Below, piece by piece: positions 38,337 through 50,059 of a stretch of 64,000 nt of DNA. The position numbers and the translations under genes are program-made. Every line of letters begins with the position of its first letter. The first letter of the stretch is position 1. The stretch spans positions 24,883 through 88,882 of the forward strand of contig CDMY01000392.1 of NCBI GenBank assembly GCA_001179505.1, read 5' to 3'. The DNA is from Vitrella brassicaformis CCMP3155. Its lineage: Eukaryota; Protista; Chromerida. The notes under the pieces are model-generated. The model searched no databases and was not told the DNA's origin. It was given only the letters and a program-made list of their open reading frames with translations.

Positions 38337-39940
38337 ATGGGCACCTGCATCTCCAAGGGTGGGAAGGACAAGGTGCAGCCGCTGGCCATCAAGCCCGAGG
38401 CGGCCACCCCCATCCCCCTCACCGCCGCGCCCTCCAAGTCCTCCCTCAAGAAGGCCTCCAAGAGCAACCTCACCACCACCTCACCCCCTGGCCGCTCAAA
38501 GAGCCACGGCGCGGCCTCTGCGCGCAAGGCCCACGCCGCTGCGATGCTCGAGAGGCACCGCGTGAGCTTCCACCACGACTCGCTGGACGAGCCGAATGTG
38601 GAGTCCTACTTCATGCCCGGCCAGAGCTCATCCTATGAGCAGGAGCATCCCCTCAGCCCCACCACAGCCACATCGGAGAGGGACAACAGGCGGTGTTCCA
38701 CTGACAGCGAGGGGCTCGTCAAGGCGCGGGCGTCCATCGCCTTGTCCATCTCGAGGAAGGACGACCCAGACAGAGGCTCCCCCGAGCAGCCCAAGAGGAG
38801 AGACACCCTCACCAACCTCGCGGCGCGACCAGAACACCACTTCAGCCCGCGGCAATCCATCCAGATCGGCTCCCTCGAGTCACTAAGACGGCGAAGCTTT
38901 GCACTGCTCAAGTCTCTGAGCGGTGCTGGACTGGACCGTCCGTCCGTCGGCGAGAGGACGTTCTCTGCCTTCAAGTATAAGGCGAAGGGTGAGTTGCCGA
39001 GGGTGGTGTTTCAGCCGACAACGCACTTGCTGGATGTGGTGATTGAGGCGGCGCCGTTTCGGGAAGGCGACGATTTTGACTTTTACAGGATGATGTTTGA
39101 CGACAGAGTGAGCAAGGAGAGACATCGTGGGCAGATCGACAAGAGACACGGCACGTGTGTGTGTGTGTGTGTGTGTGTGTAGGAGTGGGTGGGGCTGCTG
39201 GCGAAGCACGGCAATCCGGCAAAGAAGAAAGAACTCGTCTTCGAGAAAGTGAGTCCGCCAGCAGCACCCAGAGAGAGACAGACAGACAGACACACACACA
39301 GAGAGAGAGAGAGACAAACTGTGCCTCTCTCTCTGTCCCTCCACCCACAGGTGCGGCACCGTCTGCAGTGCGACGAGGTGATGCCCGACCTGTTCAAGTG
39401 CCTGCCCATCTGTGACCTCCGCAACAACACCGTATACGCCGTCGCAGAAGTCCCCGCACACCTCTCACTTGACATACTCCTCGGAGGTGGGTATGTCAAT
39501 CAGTCATTCAATCATTCAACCCATCTATCCATCCATCGGTGTCCCTTTTCTGTTTTTGTGTGTGGCCCCTGCACGCCACGCGCCCCACCCTTGTTTATGT
39601 GTGTGTTGATTGATTCATTGATTGACAGACACAGATCCGACAGCTTCTCACCGGATTCCGTGGCTGGACATGCCCGAGATGCAGCCCAAGGCCCCCAAGG
39701 CCAGGGTGCGGCACAAGATCACCGAGAACACCGCCGACCAATCCACATATGACAAGTGAGCGAGCGACAGAGGGAACAGAGGAACGGCACACAGAGAGAG
39801 AGGGAGGGGGGAGACATCGATTGACGTTTGTGTATGTGTGTGTGGTTGCTTGTGCAGGCTGCGTGAGGCGTTGGCTGTGCGGGCAACGACTGCCGCCAAG
39901 CAGGCGGCGGGAATCGGCGGGGATGGGCACCACCAAGGTA
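38337..39940 (+). CDS. Hypothetical dually acylated protein with RVxF motif (3' end approximate)
   Basis: MGTCISK start (Gly2, Cys4, Ser6). Long first exon with RHRVSF. In-phase downstream exons EWVGLLAKHGNP, VRHRLQCDEVMPDLFKCLP and HRIPWLDMPEMQPKAP. Confidence 0.6.
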
Positions 39941-40703
39941 TGCGACCGCCGCTGTCGCCATGAGTATACCTTGGTGGCAGGAATTCCTTTATATACTTCG
40001 CTTCTTTCTGCCTCCTATGTGAGCGTCATGTGCGCACATAACGCTCTTGGATCGACTGTGGTGTGTGCGTGTGAGTGAATGTATCTATCTATCGTGCTGA
40101 TACGTTGGGGCTCTCTGTCTGTGCTGCGTCTGTATCCGTGTGTATGTGTGTGTGTGGTGGTGGTGCTGTGGTGTCATGGACACTCAGACGGATGCTTACA
40201 CACTGCTCTGAGTGAGAATGGATGTCGTCGTCTTGTCTTGATAGAAGGGAGGGTGTCCAGCTAACTACAACAACCGACAGCAGCCGAGTCCACATACACG
40301 TGGCGCACTCTTTCCTGCCTCATTCGTCACATGAGCCTCAGTGATGGGTTGGCCTCGGCTGCAAGTGCCGCGACCGTCCCCTCACACACATCCACACAAC
40401 GCACGAAGTAGGAAAGGGCAATGACACGCAGACAGAGAGGAAGCGGAAAAATGGCACAGGTCTCATCCATCCATCCATCCCCACGTAGCTCTCGCTACTC
40501 TCCTCGTTGAAGCCACACACCGTATGCAGCCAACAAATATATATAAGATGCACACACAGCTCCTCGCTATACACATACAGAAAGAAGAGCGAGCGATAAC
40601 AGCCTCACACAACGACAGACAAACAAGCCGTCTCAAAGAGAAAGCACCCTAGTCTACACAGCAGCAAGCCCCCCTTATACACACTACGATCCCGGCCGAC
40701 CGA

Positions 40704-42190
40704 TCAGGTCAGCTGGCCTTCTTGGTCTTGCTGTCTTGATGAGTGTGTGTGTTCATGACGTCGACGTACTTGGGCAGGACGGCCGTGTTGGAGAGGTGGC
40801 CCCTCATGTGCACCACGAGCCCCTTCTTGGCCACCTCGGGCGGCAGGGACTGGTCCTTGAACATGTCTGCAGAACACACATAGATTGACAAACACATCAC
40901 ATGCATGTGATGTGTGTGTATGCCTCAAGTGTGTGTGGCCGGCTGGCTGGCTGACTCACCGAAGACCTCCTGCAGGTGCTCCAGGTACGTGGCCAGCACC
41001 TTGGCCACCTTCTCGTCACTGGGGTTTGGGTCAGGCTCACCCACCTCCACTGGCCGCCCTATACTGGGAGAGAGAGAGAGAGAGAGAGAGAGAGGGGAGG
41101 GACATACGGCCAACCAACCATACACTCGACATGACCTCCCTGCCTTCCTCCCTTTGTGTTTCTCTCTCACCCGAGTGTGATTGTGACTGGGTTGGGTATC
41201 TGCGGCAGGCCCCACCTGCCCCTCAGAGGGATGATGGGAAAGTTCATCTTGCGGGCGGTGTAGCGCGCCAGCCGCATCCCCCACTCGGGCACACTGAACG
41301 CACGCGTCTCCTCAAACGAATATGACGGCAGCAGTGGCACGCCGTGCCTGCAGCAACACACAGACACTTTCACGGGTGTGTGGGTGTGTGGGCGTGTGGG
41401 CTCACTCGATGGCCAGCCGTATCCAGCCGAGCCGTTTAGGTAGGTACAGCTGCTCTTGCTTTGGGTCGGTGTGCACCTGCTCGTAGATGCCGCCAGGCGT
41501 GATGAACAGCGTCCTGCCTGAACACACACACACACACACACACGCATGCCATACTGTGTATGTGAATCCAACGCTCATTCGCCGTCTTGCTGGTGACTGA
41601 CCGTTCTTGAGCGCCATGCTGAGAATTTCCCTGTCTGCTGGCCGCGCACCCCAACACAGACAGATCTCACGAAGCACTGAATCACACACAACGAAATACA
41701 CACACCACAAATGCCCAATTGCACACGCGCAGGCCACGCCACTCACAAGGGACATAGAACAGGCTGGAAGCCACCGCACCAACCGCCTTTGTCCTCTGCA
41801 AATATACAGAGAGAGAGACCAAAACAGTCAGCACACTCCCTGCCCCCCTCTCTCCCTCCCTCTCTCCCTCCCCACGATTTTGCATGTGGTTTCGATCATC
41901 CTGAGCGGCCCGACGAGGAAGGGCAGCACCGTGTAGATCCCATGCGGGTGCCACGACACCAGGTACTGCCGGTCCAGGTCCCAGTTCTTCTCGTCCACAC
42001 ACACCATGCCGCCGAACCTCAGCCCGCCCAGTCCGAAGAACCGCAGCAGGCACCATCGCACGCCATAGGCGAACCAGTCGGGTCCCCAGTCGTCGAGGTA
42101 CGTGAGGTGGGAGGCGGTGCGCCAGAGGTAGACCACCCAGAAGGCCAGGAAGGCGATGAACAGGGCGAAGATGACGGTGAGAGATAGCAT
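40704..42190 (-). CDS. DGAT2/MOGAT-family acyltransferase
   Basis: N-terminal TM segment. QYLVSWHPHG (HPHG motif), LFITPGGIYE, RLGWIRLAIEHGVPLLPSYSFEE, PVTITLGIGRPV. Dilysine-like C-terminus KTKKAS*. Confidence 0.9.
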
Positions 42191-42459
42191 CTCGGCTGCT
42201 GCTCACCGTGCGCACTTCATCGCTTTCAGCGGCAAGATTCGCCCTGTCCCTTCGCATTTTTAAGCTCGCGCAGCCGAACTGGCCAATGAATTAATGGAGA
42301 ATGGAGGAAGTCAGAGCGCACCACGTTCGTTCACAGACATACAGACGCCTAAATGCACCCGGCGGCGCATGCTAAAGACCTAAAAAGTGGACACCGCACC
42401 TCTCGTGCACGCGCCAATCAACCGCCACAATCACATCCATCACATCGCCATCGCCTCCA

Positions 42460-43495
42460 TCACAAATCCCGCCTGGCCCCTCGCAGGCCCCGGCGCCTCG
42501 CCCTCCACCCCGGCAGCCCCGCCCTCCTGGCCTTGGCCTTCTCCGTCCTCTCCTCCTCGTCTCTTTCGATCCGCTTCTTCTCCCTCTTCTCATACACCAT
42601 CTGGCGCCGCCACAGGCGGTCGATGAAGGTGCCAACTCCGCCAGTCAGGAGGGCGCCCGTGCGGCTGGTGGATACACACACCCATACCAGACACACATAC
42701 AGAGAGCTGGATGGGATGCTCATGCGTCTGTCTGTCTGGTTGTGCGTGTCTGTGTGCTGACGATGGCCAGTGAGAGGGGCGGCACCAGTTCAGCGTGAAA
42801 GGGCCGGAAGGCACGCGGTCGTTGATGGCCAGCGCCTGGAGAAACACGGACCGACACACACACACACACACACATCGCACCACGGCCAACCAACCACACG
42901 ATCCGCAATCGCAAATGAATTGTGCATCGTCTCGTCGTCTGGTCCGCCCACCGACCGACCTGCATTTCCCTCCGTACGGTCTCGGCTCCCCCGCACCAGC
43001 GAGCACATCCCCTCTGCAATCGCCGCCTCCCGTTTCCCACGGGAAAGTCGGTGAACGCCCCCCCCCTTTGGCCGGCGTCGGTCCCGAAGAAGCCGAAAAG
43101 TCGCCGGCGTCGCCCGGCGCACACACGCGGAAGGACCGGTTGCGGAAGCCGCGGGAGAGGGTGGGGAGGGCGTGGGCGAGGGGCAGGTAGAATGGCAGCG
43201 GCAGCAGGATGAACGAGATGACCGACAAGAAGGGGAGCAGCTGGGTGATGACGCTAACGGCGAGGAAGAAGAAGCCTATGGGCAGACAGATGCACAGACA
43301 CACACACGAATGCGGCAGATCCATCCATCCATTCATCCAGCATAAGCCTGCTTGGGTGCACTCACTCCCTCACTGACCTCGTCGCATATACTGTGGATCA
43401 TAGATGCATCCACCGAGCTACAGCAGGGGGGACGTGGAAGCGTCACGGTGCACCAATACAACACTTACAACAACTACGATCCGTTCACTCGTCAT
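42460..43495 (-). CDS. Hypothetical membrane protein (ends approximate)
   Basis: Hydrophobic exon FFFLAVSVITQLLPFLSVISFILLPLPFYLPLA and charged terminal exon RQMVYEKREKKRIERDEEERTEKAKARR. GT-AG junctions are plausible. Confidence 0.45.
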
Positions 43496-43574
43496 GTGCG
43501 AGCTCGTAGAATGAATCAGCGCGTTCGCTGAGGCGCTTCGCTTCTGTGTTTATAAGCTTCGAGAGTCCGCCAAC

Positions 43575-43698
43575 ATGAGCCCGGCATCCATCCATCAAAA
43601 CGGGCCGCAAACATCGCAGGTTGGTGATCGATGAATGATTGATGAGCCAGGCAGATCAAAGAGGCCGGATCAAAGCAATGCCAGCCAACATGTTCGGT

Positions 43699-43737
<39 letters not shown>

Positions 43738-44852
43738 GCAGGCCAACCCAGCCGAGATCTTCCACGGCATCTCTCACGTCAGCACCGACGTCAACAATGC
43801 ATGGTACCCACTGTGCACTCACAAGGAAGTGCCCAAGAAGGGCGCCTGCAAACGCCCCCTGGCCACAAGAATACTCGGGCAGCCCGTGGCCCTCTTTCGG
43901 GACGAGAGCAATACGGTTCGATGCTTCGCTGACCGCTGCCCGCACAAGAACGGTGAGCAGGAGATGGGAGATGCTTATCCACTTGTAAGTGAGTGGCTGC
44001 AGTCGTGTGTTGTGTGTCTGTATGTGTGGTGTGCAGCAAAGCTGTCGGTTGGGCGCGTCGTCAACGGAAAGCTCGAGTACCATCGACAGACAATCCAATG
44101 CAACTTGAACACTCACTGTGATCTGTCTGTTCTGTGCTGCTGTGGCTGCTGTGGCTGCTGGCAGGTGCTTCTATCACGGCTGGCAGTTCGACAGCCACAG
44201 CGGGGCGGTGGACCACATCCCCTTCTTGCTGCACGACAAGAGCATCCCCGCCCAAGCTGTGACAAAGGCCTACCCATGTGTCGAGAAATACAACCTTGTG
44301 TGGGTGTGGCCAGGTGAGATGACAGAACGAAACAAACAACAGCGCCGAGACGGCCACGGACGCATCGGTATTGCCCTGGCTGCAGGTGACGTCGAGAAGG
44401 CTGACGGCGGCCTCATTCCGTTCTTTGAAGATTTCACCGACAGGAAGATGATGTGGTCGGGCTGGTCCCTCGAGACGCCTATTGATCACAGCCTGTGGGT
44501 GGAGAACGTCCTCGACCACGCGCACGTCAACTTTGTCCATGACGGACAGTTCACCTCGCGAGGGCTCGCTTGCCCACTCAAGCAAGTGGTGAGCCCAAGA
44601 CGGCTGCACACACACAGACAAGACAGGACAACAGAGAAGGCAGCTGGGCTCTCCTCGATGGATCGGTGTGTCTGTGTGCGTGCCGTGCCGTGCTGATGGA
44701 TGCAGGTCACTCCGACAAAGACGGGCATCAAAGGAGTTCAGGTGCGTGAGTCCGAGAAGTTTGCCCATGAAGGTCGGTCAATGCACTCACACACAGACAC
44801 ACAGACAGGCCGACAGACAGACAGGGAGGAGAGGGGAGAAGGCGGAACGTCT

Positions 44853-44883
<31 letters not shown>

Positions 44884-46059
44884 CGGGTGCATTCAGCCAC
44901 CAGTCTTGAGCTCGAGTGGGTGGCGCCATGTCTGGGCATCGTGAGGTTGGTCTTTGGCAGCCAAATCGCCAACCTCTACATCTTCGGCGTGCCTATGGGT
45001 GTGCATCAGCCACACCACACAGCACCGCACAGACAGCATCACACAGCACAAGACAATCACGAACACAAGAAGCCCCTCTCCTGTCCGTCTGATGTCTTTC
45101 TGGTCTGTCAGCCCCTGGCATGAGTCGGCTGCTGCTGTCGAGCTATGCGAGTTCCGCGCTGATGGGTGTGACGATGGACCATCTGCCGCTCCCCAGGGGC
45201 CTCAAGTACCTGCTGCAGATGAACGTCCCGTCGCGCGACGCCATCGCCATGACTTCACAGATGCGCAACATGCGCGAGGGGTGCTCACCTTTGGAACTCC
45301 CCATTGCGTGCGACGAGGTCAGTCACCATATCATCGACACACACTTGTTCTGGCACACGAGTACGCACGGACGGCAACGGCATCTCCTCCTTTGTCTGCG
45401 GTGTGTGTGTGTGTGTGTGTGCAGATGGCTGTCATATACCGTCGGTGGCATGCCAGGGCTTTCACTGACGACGTCTGGTGGAAGGGGTGAGTGGGGCGGG
45501 GCGACGGATGAGGCCCACGACAACCCACCGATACAATGTGTGTGTGGCATTCGTTAATGCAGCTGGAACGGCACGCTTGACGTGGAGGATCTGGCCAAGT
45601 CTGCCGGGCAGTCGTGCTTTGGCGCCGCCGCGTGCGGGGAGTTCGAACGAGACGGTGCGTAGTGCTCACATCACCACACAGACAATGAACAATGACCAGT
45701 CACAGACGGCCAGACACATGTATGTATACCTTGCTTCGTGTTGTCGCTGTCTGTCCATCAGTCGCTCGTTCCTCTCTCTGGGCACCGATGTGCGGAAAAG
45801 CCCTCGCCCAAAGATTCGCAAATCAGGTGAGAGAGTGAGGCAAACAGATGACGTACACCCCACCAGCAGCCGAAGGATGCCCACCCACACACGCTCCATG
45901 CGTGTATGTGCCATTCACATTTGTCTCTTTGTGTCTCTGTCTTAGCGTCACGAGTCCGACCCGTTCGCACAACCTCTGTGGAAGAATGCTCTCATGCTGG
46001 CGGCTGCAGGAGCGGTGGGTGCACTCGTCACCTTGCGAGTGGCAAAGCAGACCAGCTGA
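43575..46059 (+). CDS. Rieske [2Fe-2S] non-heme iron oxygenase (PAO/CAO/Tic55-type architecture) with C-terminal TM
   Basis: NAWYP, RILGQPVALFRD and DRCPHKN|AKLSVGRVVNGKLE|CFYHGWQFD give the Rieske CxH...CxxH motif. WVENVLDHAHVNFVH is the mononuclear Fe motif. In-phase last exons end ALMLAAAGAVGALVTLRVAKQTS*. Confidence 0.9.
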
Positions 46060-46906
46060 GAGGAAGAAGGCAGGCAAGGCAAGCGGTCGGGCGATTTGTT
46101 CGCCGCCGTCGTTTTATATGTTTTGTGTCTTCTGGATCGATTGTGTCATCAAATGGTACGTGCGTCGTTTGCCACTTTGAACAGGCCGGCGCTTTTTCTG
46201 CCTTCTACATCGATCGTATTCTCAAGTCTACGCGGCTTTTCACCCGCCTCTTTGAACAGACTGGACATGTGAGATGTGAGATGTGAGATGAGAAGACGAG
46301 AATCCAGTCCGTCGCTTTATCCAGTGTGCGCGTCTTTGTCCGTGAAGCTGCCTGAACAGTCAGTCACGCAGCGGGCGGGATGCTAGAGATGGAAGACATA
46401 CGCTCTCTCTTATGTCATGAGAGAACCCATTTTTTTTTCCAGCGTGAATGCCTTTCGTCCGTGTGTCTTGGTGTGAGTGTGCTGTTGCGCGTGACCCTCC
46501 CGTGTCGATGACGAACAAGTCCGTATGTTTGCTGCTGTTTGTGTGTGGTGAGACGAAGATGGTCTGACGGGTGTCTGTAAGGATGATTGAAGGTCTGATG
46601 GGTGTCTGTTCGGTCCATCCATCTGTTCGTGCAGCAATCGGTCACATACACACCCACACCACCTGGACACATCCAAACGGTCGTCACTTGACACCAGGAA
46701 CTCTCTGTCTGACGTCATAGTAGGGTGCGGTTTGTCACGATAGTTCACGTGAGTGAGGCATGGAACGAGCACTGAGTGAGGCAATGCGCCAGTTGGATGG
46801 CTGCAGCATGACGGGCCTCTTGAAGCGCACAGGCAGCCACAGGTGTGGTGTGTGGTGTTGCGGTCGGCGGTGCGGCGTGTGCGAAGGCAGCGGCTGATGG
46901 ATTGAG

Positions 46907-46948
46907 GGCAGCAGTATCTGTCCATCGGCAGCAGTATCTGTCCATCGG
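46907..46948. repeat. 20-nt tandem duplication
   Basis: ggcagcagtatctgtccatc x2. Confidence 0.85.
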
Positions 46949-47051
46949 TGATCAGTTCAATCACTCATTAGTCCGCACACACATACACACTGCCCACTCC
47001 ATCCATCCCTCTCAATCCATCTCTCTCTCTCGCGATCTGCTAAATGTTATC

Positions 47052-48196
47052 CTACGGACAGTCCATGTCGTCCCACTCCTGCCGCTTGTCACCGACAGAT
47101 ACAAACGCGCCCGACTCAAACTCATCTCTGTCCAGCAACGCCATCAAGCGACTCGTGCTCACATCTACACACCCGCACCAAAACAAACACACAGAGATCC
47201 ACCCGCACCCACAGGTCCGTGTCCGTGCAGTTGGCGTACGTGGGTCGAGGAATCCGTTGGTCGCGTGCAGTCTGCGGCACTCGTCGGTGAATGCCTGGTT
47301 GACACAGCCGTTCTCGACCACAGGCAGCGTCATGCCCGTCAGCATCCGGCCTGGTGCGAAGCTCAGCGTCTTCACATCAACACGAGCACCACCATGGCTC
47401 TCGCCTCTCAACTCGTCCTGCCTCTCTGCCGTGATGACCTTCGTCAACATGGCCCTGCCTGTCTTGCAAAGGCCATATAGGTTGAAGCCCGCATAAGCCC
47501 CAGTGGCTGCGCGCGACGAAATGTCGACGATGCGGCAGCTGCTGACCGGACGGGTGGCCGTGGCCGCTGGCTGCTGCTGCTGAAGCCACTGCAAGAGGAC
47601 TGAGCAGATGACGGTGGGCGCGATGAGGTTGACCTCCATGTTGGTCTGCACTTCAGCTGCGGTCTGGTCCCGGATGTGGACAATCGCACCGAGTGTGCCC
47701 GAGTTCAGAAAGACATACCTGAAAGGACAGACAGGGATCTTCTCCAAGGACGGTTGGCATTGCAAAGCCTTACATGTGGTCGAATGGCCCGTGAGTCTGC
47801 TGTTCTCTCTCAAGGACATCCCTGAACCGCTCGGGAAGCCACTCTAGGTCAGCAAGATCCAACCTGCAATACATGGACGGACGGATGGTCTCATGGTCAG
47901 ATCTATCTATGTCCTCACTGTTTGCCACCTCGCACGCCGCCGTCACTCTGTCGCCGCCCTCACACATGGCCTTCACACGCTCCAGGCCAGCTTCGTCCTG
48001 ACATCCACACAGACGGCCATGCAAACAAATGTGTCCGTCATCCGTACGGAAAGCTCACGCGCGACAGCAGGGTGAGATGGACCTCCTCAACGCCATTCTT
48101 CGCTCCGAAGTGGCGGGCAAACATGGCTGCAATGGCGGCGCCGTAGTTTCGACTTGCACCGGTGACAACCGCCCAGAAGGCACTCATCTGCCGCAT
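47052..48196 (-). CDS. Divergent sepiapterin-reductase-like SDR
   Basis: MRQMSAFWAVVTGASRNYGAAIA, then LLSR|DEAGLE, RLDLADLE, FLNSGTLG, EVNLIAP, RIVDISSRAA, LYGLCK (YxxxK), VKTLSFAPGRMLTGM and LLDRDEFESGA. Collinear with the SPR at 52128. Confidence 0.8.
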
Positions 48197-48522
48197 TCAA
48201 CATTCAGCAGAGATGTGCAGCTGTGTAGATTGACACATCATCATGCCTGTACTAGCCTGACACACATCTGCGCAGGGGCACGTATACCTGATGAGGCAGA
48301 TGACTTTGGCGCGCCCTGACTGCTCATGATACACAGATCTCCTTCTCCAGGTCTTCCCCTTTGACCAGACCTTCCATTTCAGAGATCCGACGTCGCCTAC
48401 TGAGGGCTAAGCTCGCAGCTGCGCGCGGGGGGACGGGCGGAAAGGGAGCGTGAAATAGCGTCGGGGCAGGGCGGCAGGCCAGTTCCACAGATCTGTGTGC
48501 AGCAAGCGAGTTGGATTGACAG

Positions 48523-49714
48523 ATGGCTGGTTCGCCTCAGAAGCTCCTCCTGCTGTACGGCTGCTGCGGTAGGTCACACGTACATTCACACAACACGTGC
48601 TTCAAGCACACGCAGACCAGGCGAGAGAGACCCAGCTGCCCGCAGGCGCCGCACCCGACTGTTGTTCTTTGATTGTCCGAACTGTTCGTTCGTTCCTTTG
48701 TTCGTTCAGGTGATGCGGCGAGTTACCTGTGCGCGGCGTTCCGCAAGCGGACGTGGCAAGTGGTCGGCTGTGACGTCAACAAGGTGTCGTGCAGCCCCGG
48801 CCCCGACCACTTCGTGCACGTGGAAGGCCCGCCGCTGCTGGAGCAGGGCGACAAGGTCACCAGCGACCTGCAGCCCATCATGAAGCAACTCGGGCGCACA
48901 CACGTAAGACAGACACACGTGCAGAGAGAGGGAGAGGGAGGGAGGGAGGGAGGGAGGGAGGGGAAGGGATTAGGTCCGTCTGTCGGTCTGCCTGTCTGTC
49001 TGGATGGATCGATGTATGGATGTATGTGTTGTGTGTGCGATGCCATGCAGTTCGACGCCATTGTCAACCTGAGTGGAGGCTTTGCCCTCGGCGGCGCGGA
49101 CAGTCCCTCATTCCTCCACGACTCATACCGAATGGTACGTACGTACCTACTCGACGTGACGACACACAGACACACAGAGGAGTCACCTCTAGCCCTCTCT
49201 CTCCCTGTGTGTGTGTTGGTCGTGTTGTGTGAACAGGTGAGCAACACGGTGGGGACGTCAATCATTTGCGCCAATCTGGCGACCAAGTTCCTCAAGCCCA
49301 GCGGCCTCATGATCCTTCCCGGGGCCCTCATTGCCCTCAACGCAACACCCAAGATGCTCGCATACGGTTCGCACAGACGTACGCACACACACGATCCATG
49401 CAAGAAATCGTCTCTCTGTGTGTGCAGGTGCGTCCAAGGCCTTCGTTCATCAGATGGTGCAGTCTCTGGCAGAGCCCGGCAGCGGCATGCCGGCCAACTC
49501 GCGAGTGATGGGCCTCCTGCCGTTGGTCCTCGACACCCCCACCAACCGCAAGACCATGCCTGAGGCGGACAAGAGCAACTGGACTCCGCTGGAGGACCTG
49601 GCGCGACTGGTCACCGACGCGTGCGAGCAGCCGACCAGTGTGCAGAACGGAGGCCTCTACGGTCTCAAGACAGAGGGCGGCAAGACCAAATGGACGGAGG
49701 TCAATGTCATCTAG
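48523..49714 (+). CDS. QDPR: Dihydropteridine reductase (quinoid dihydropteridine reductase)
   Basis: FDAIVNLSGGFALG, ANLATKFLKPSGLMILPGA, TPKMLAYGASKAFVHQMVQSLA, GMPANS, and the diagnostic LPLVLDTPTNRKTMPEADKSNWTPLE. Confidence 0.92.
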
Positions 49715-50059
49715 AGAGGAGAGAGCTGGAGAGAGAGGGGGGGGGGAGAGATGAGGTATATGCATATACACACATACATGCATGCATACATCATATTTGA
49801 GAGGGTCTTTTTGGTCTGTTTGGTCTAGAGAGATGCGTAGGGTCTTTTTGGTGCTTCCTACCTACCTTATATGATATCAATTGTATATCCCGATATGTGG
49901 GTGTCAGTGCCTGCGGGTAGGAGAGGGCGGATGCATGAGTCTAGGCAGGCAGAGAACAGACCAAGAACAACCTGGAGATGCCTACCTGGAGATCCGTTTT
50001 ATGTATGTGTGTCACGGCCTTTCTTTTGCATCAACGCCGCGCTGCTCCATGCGCACACA

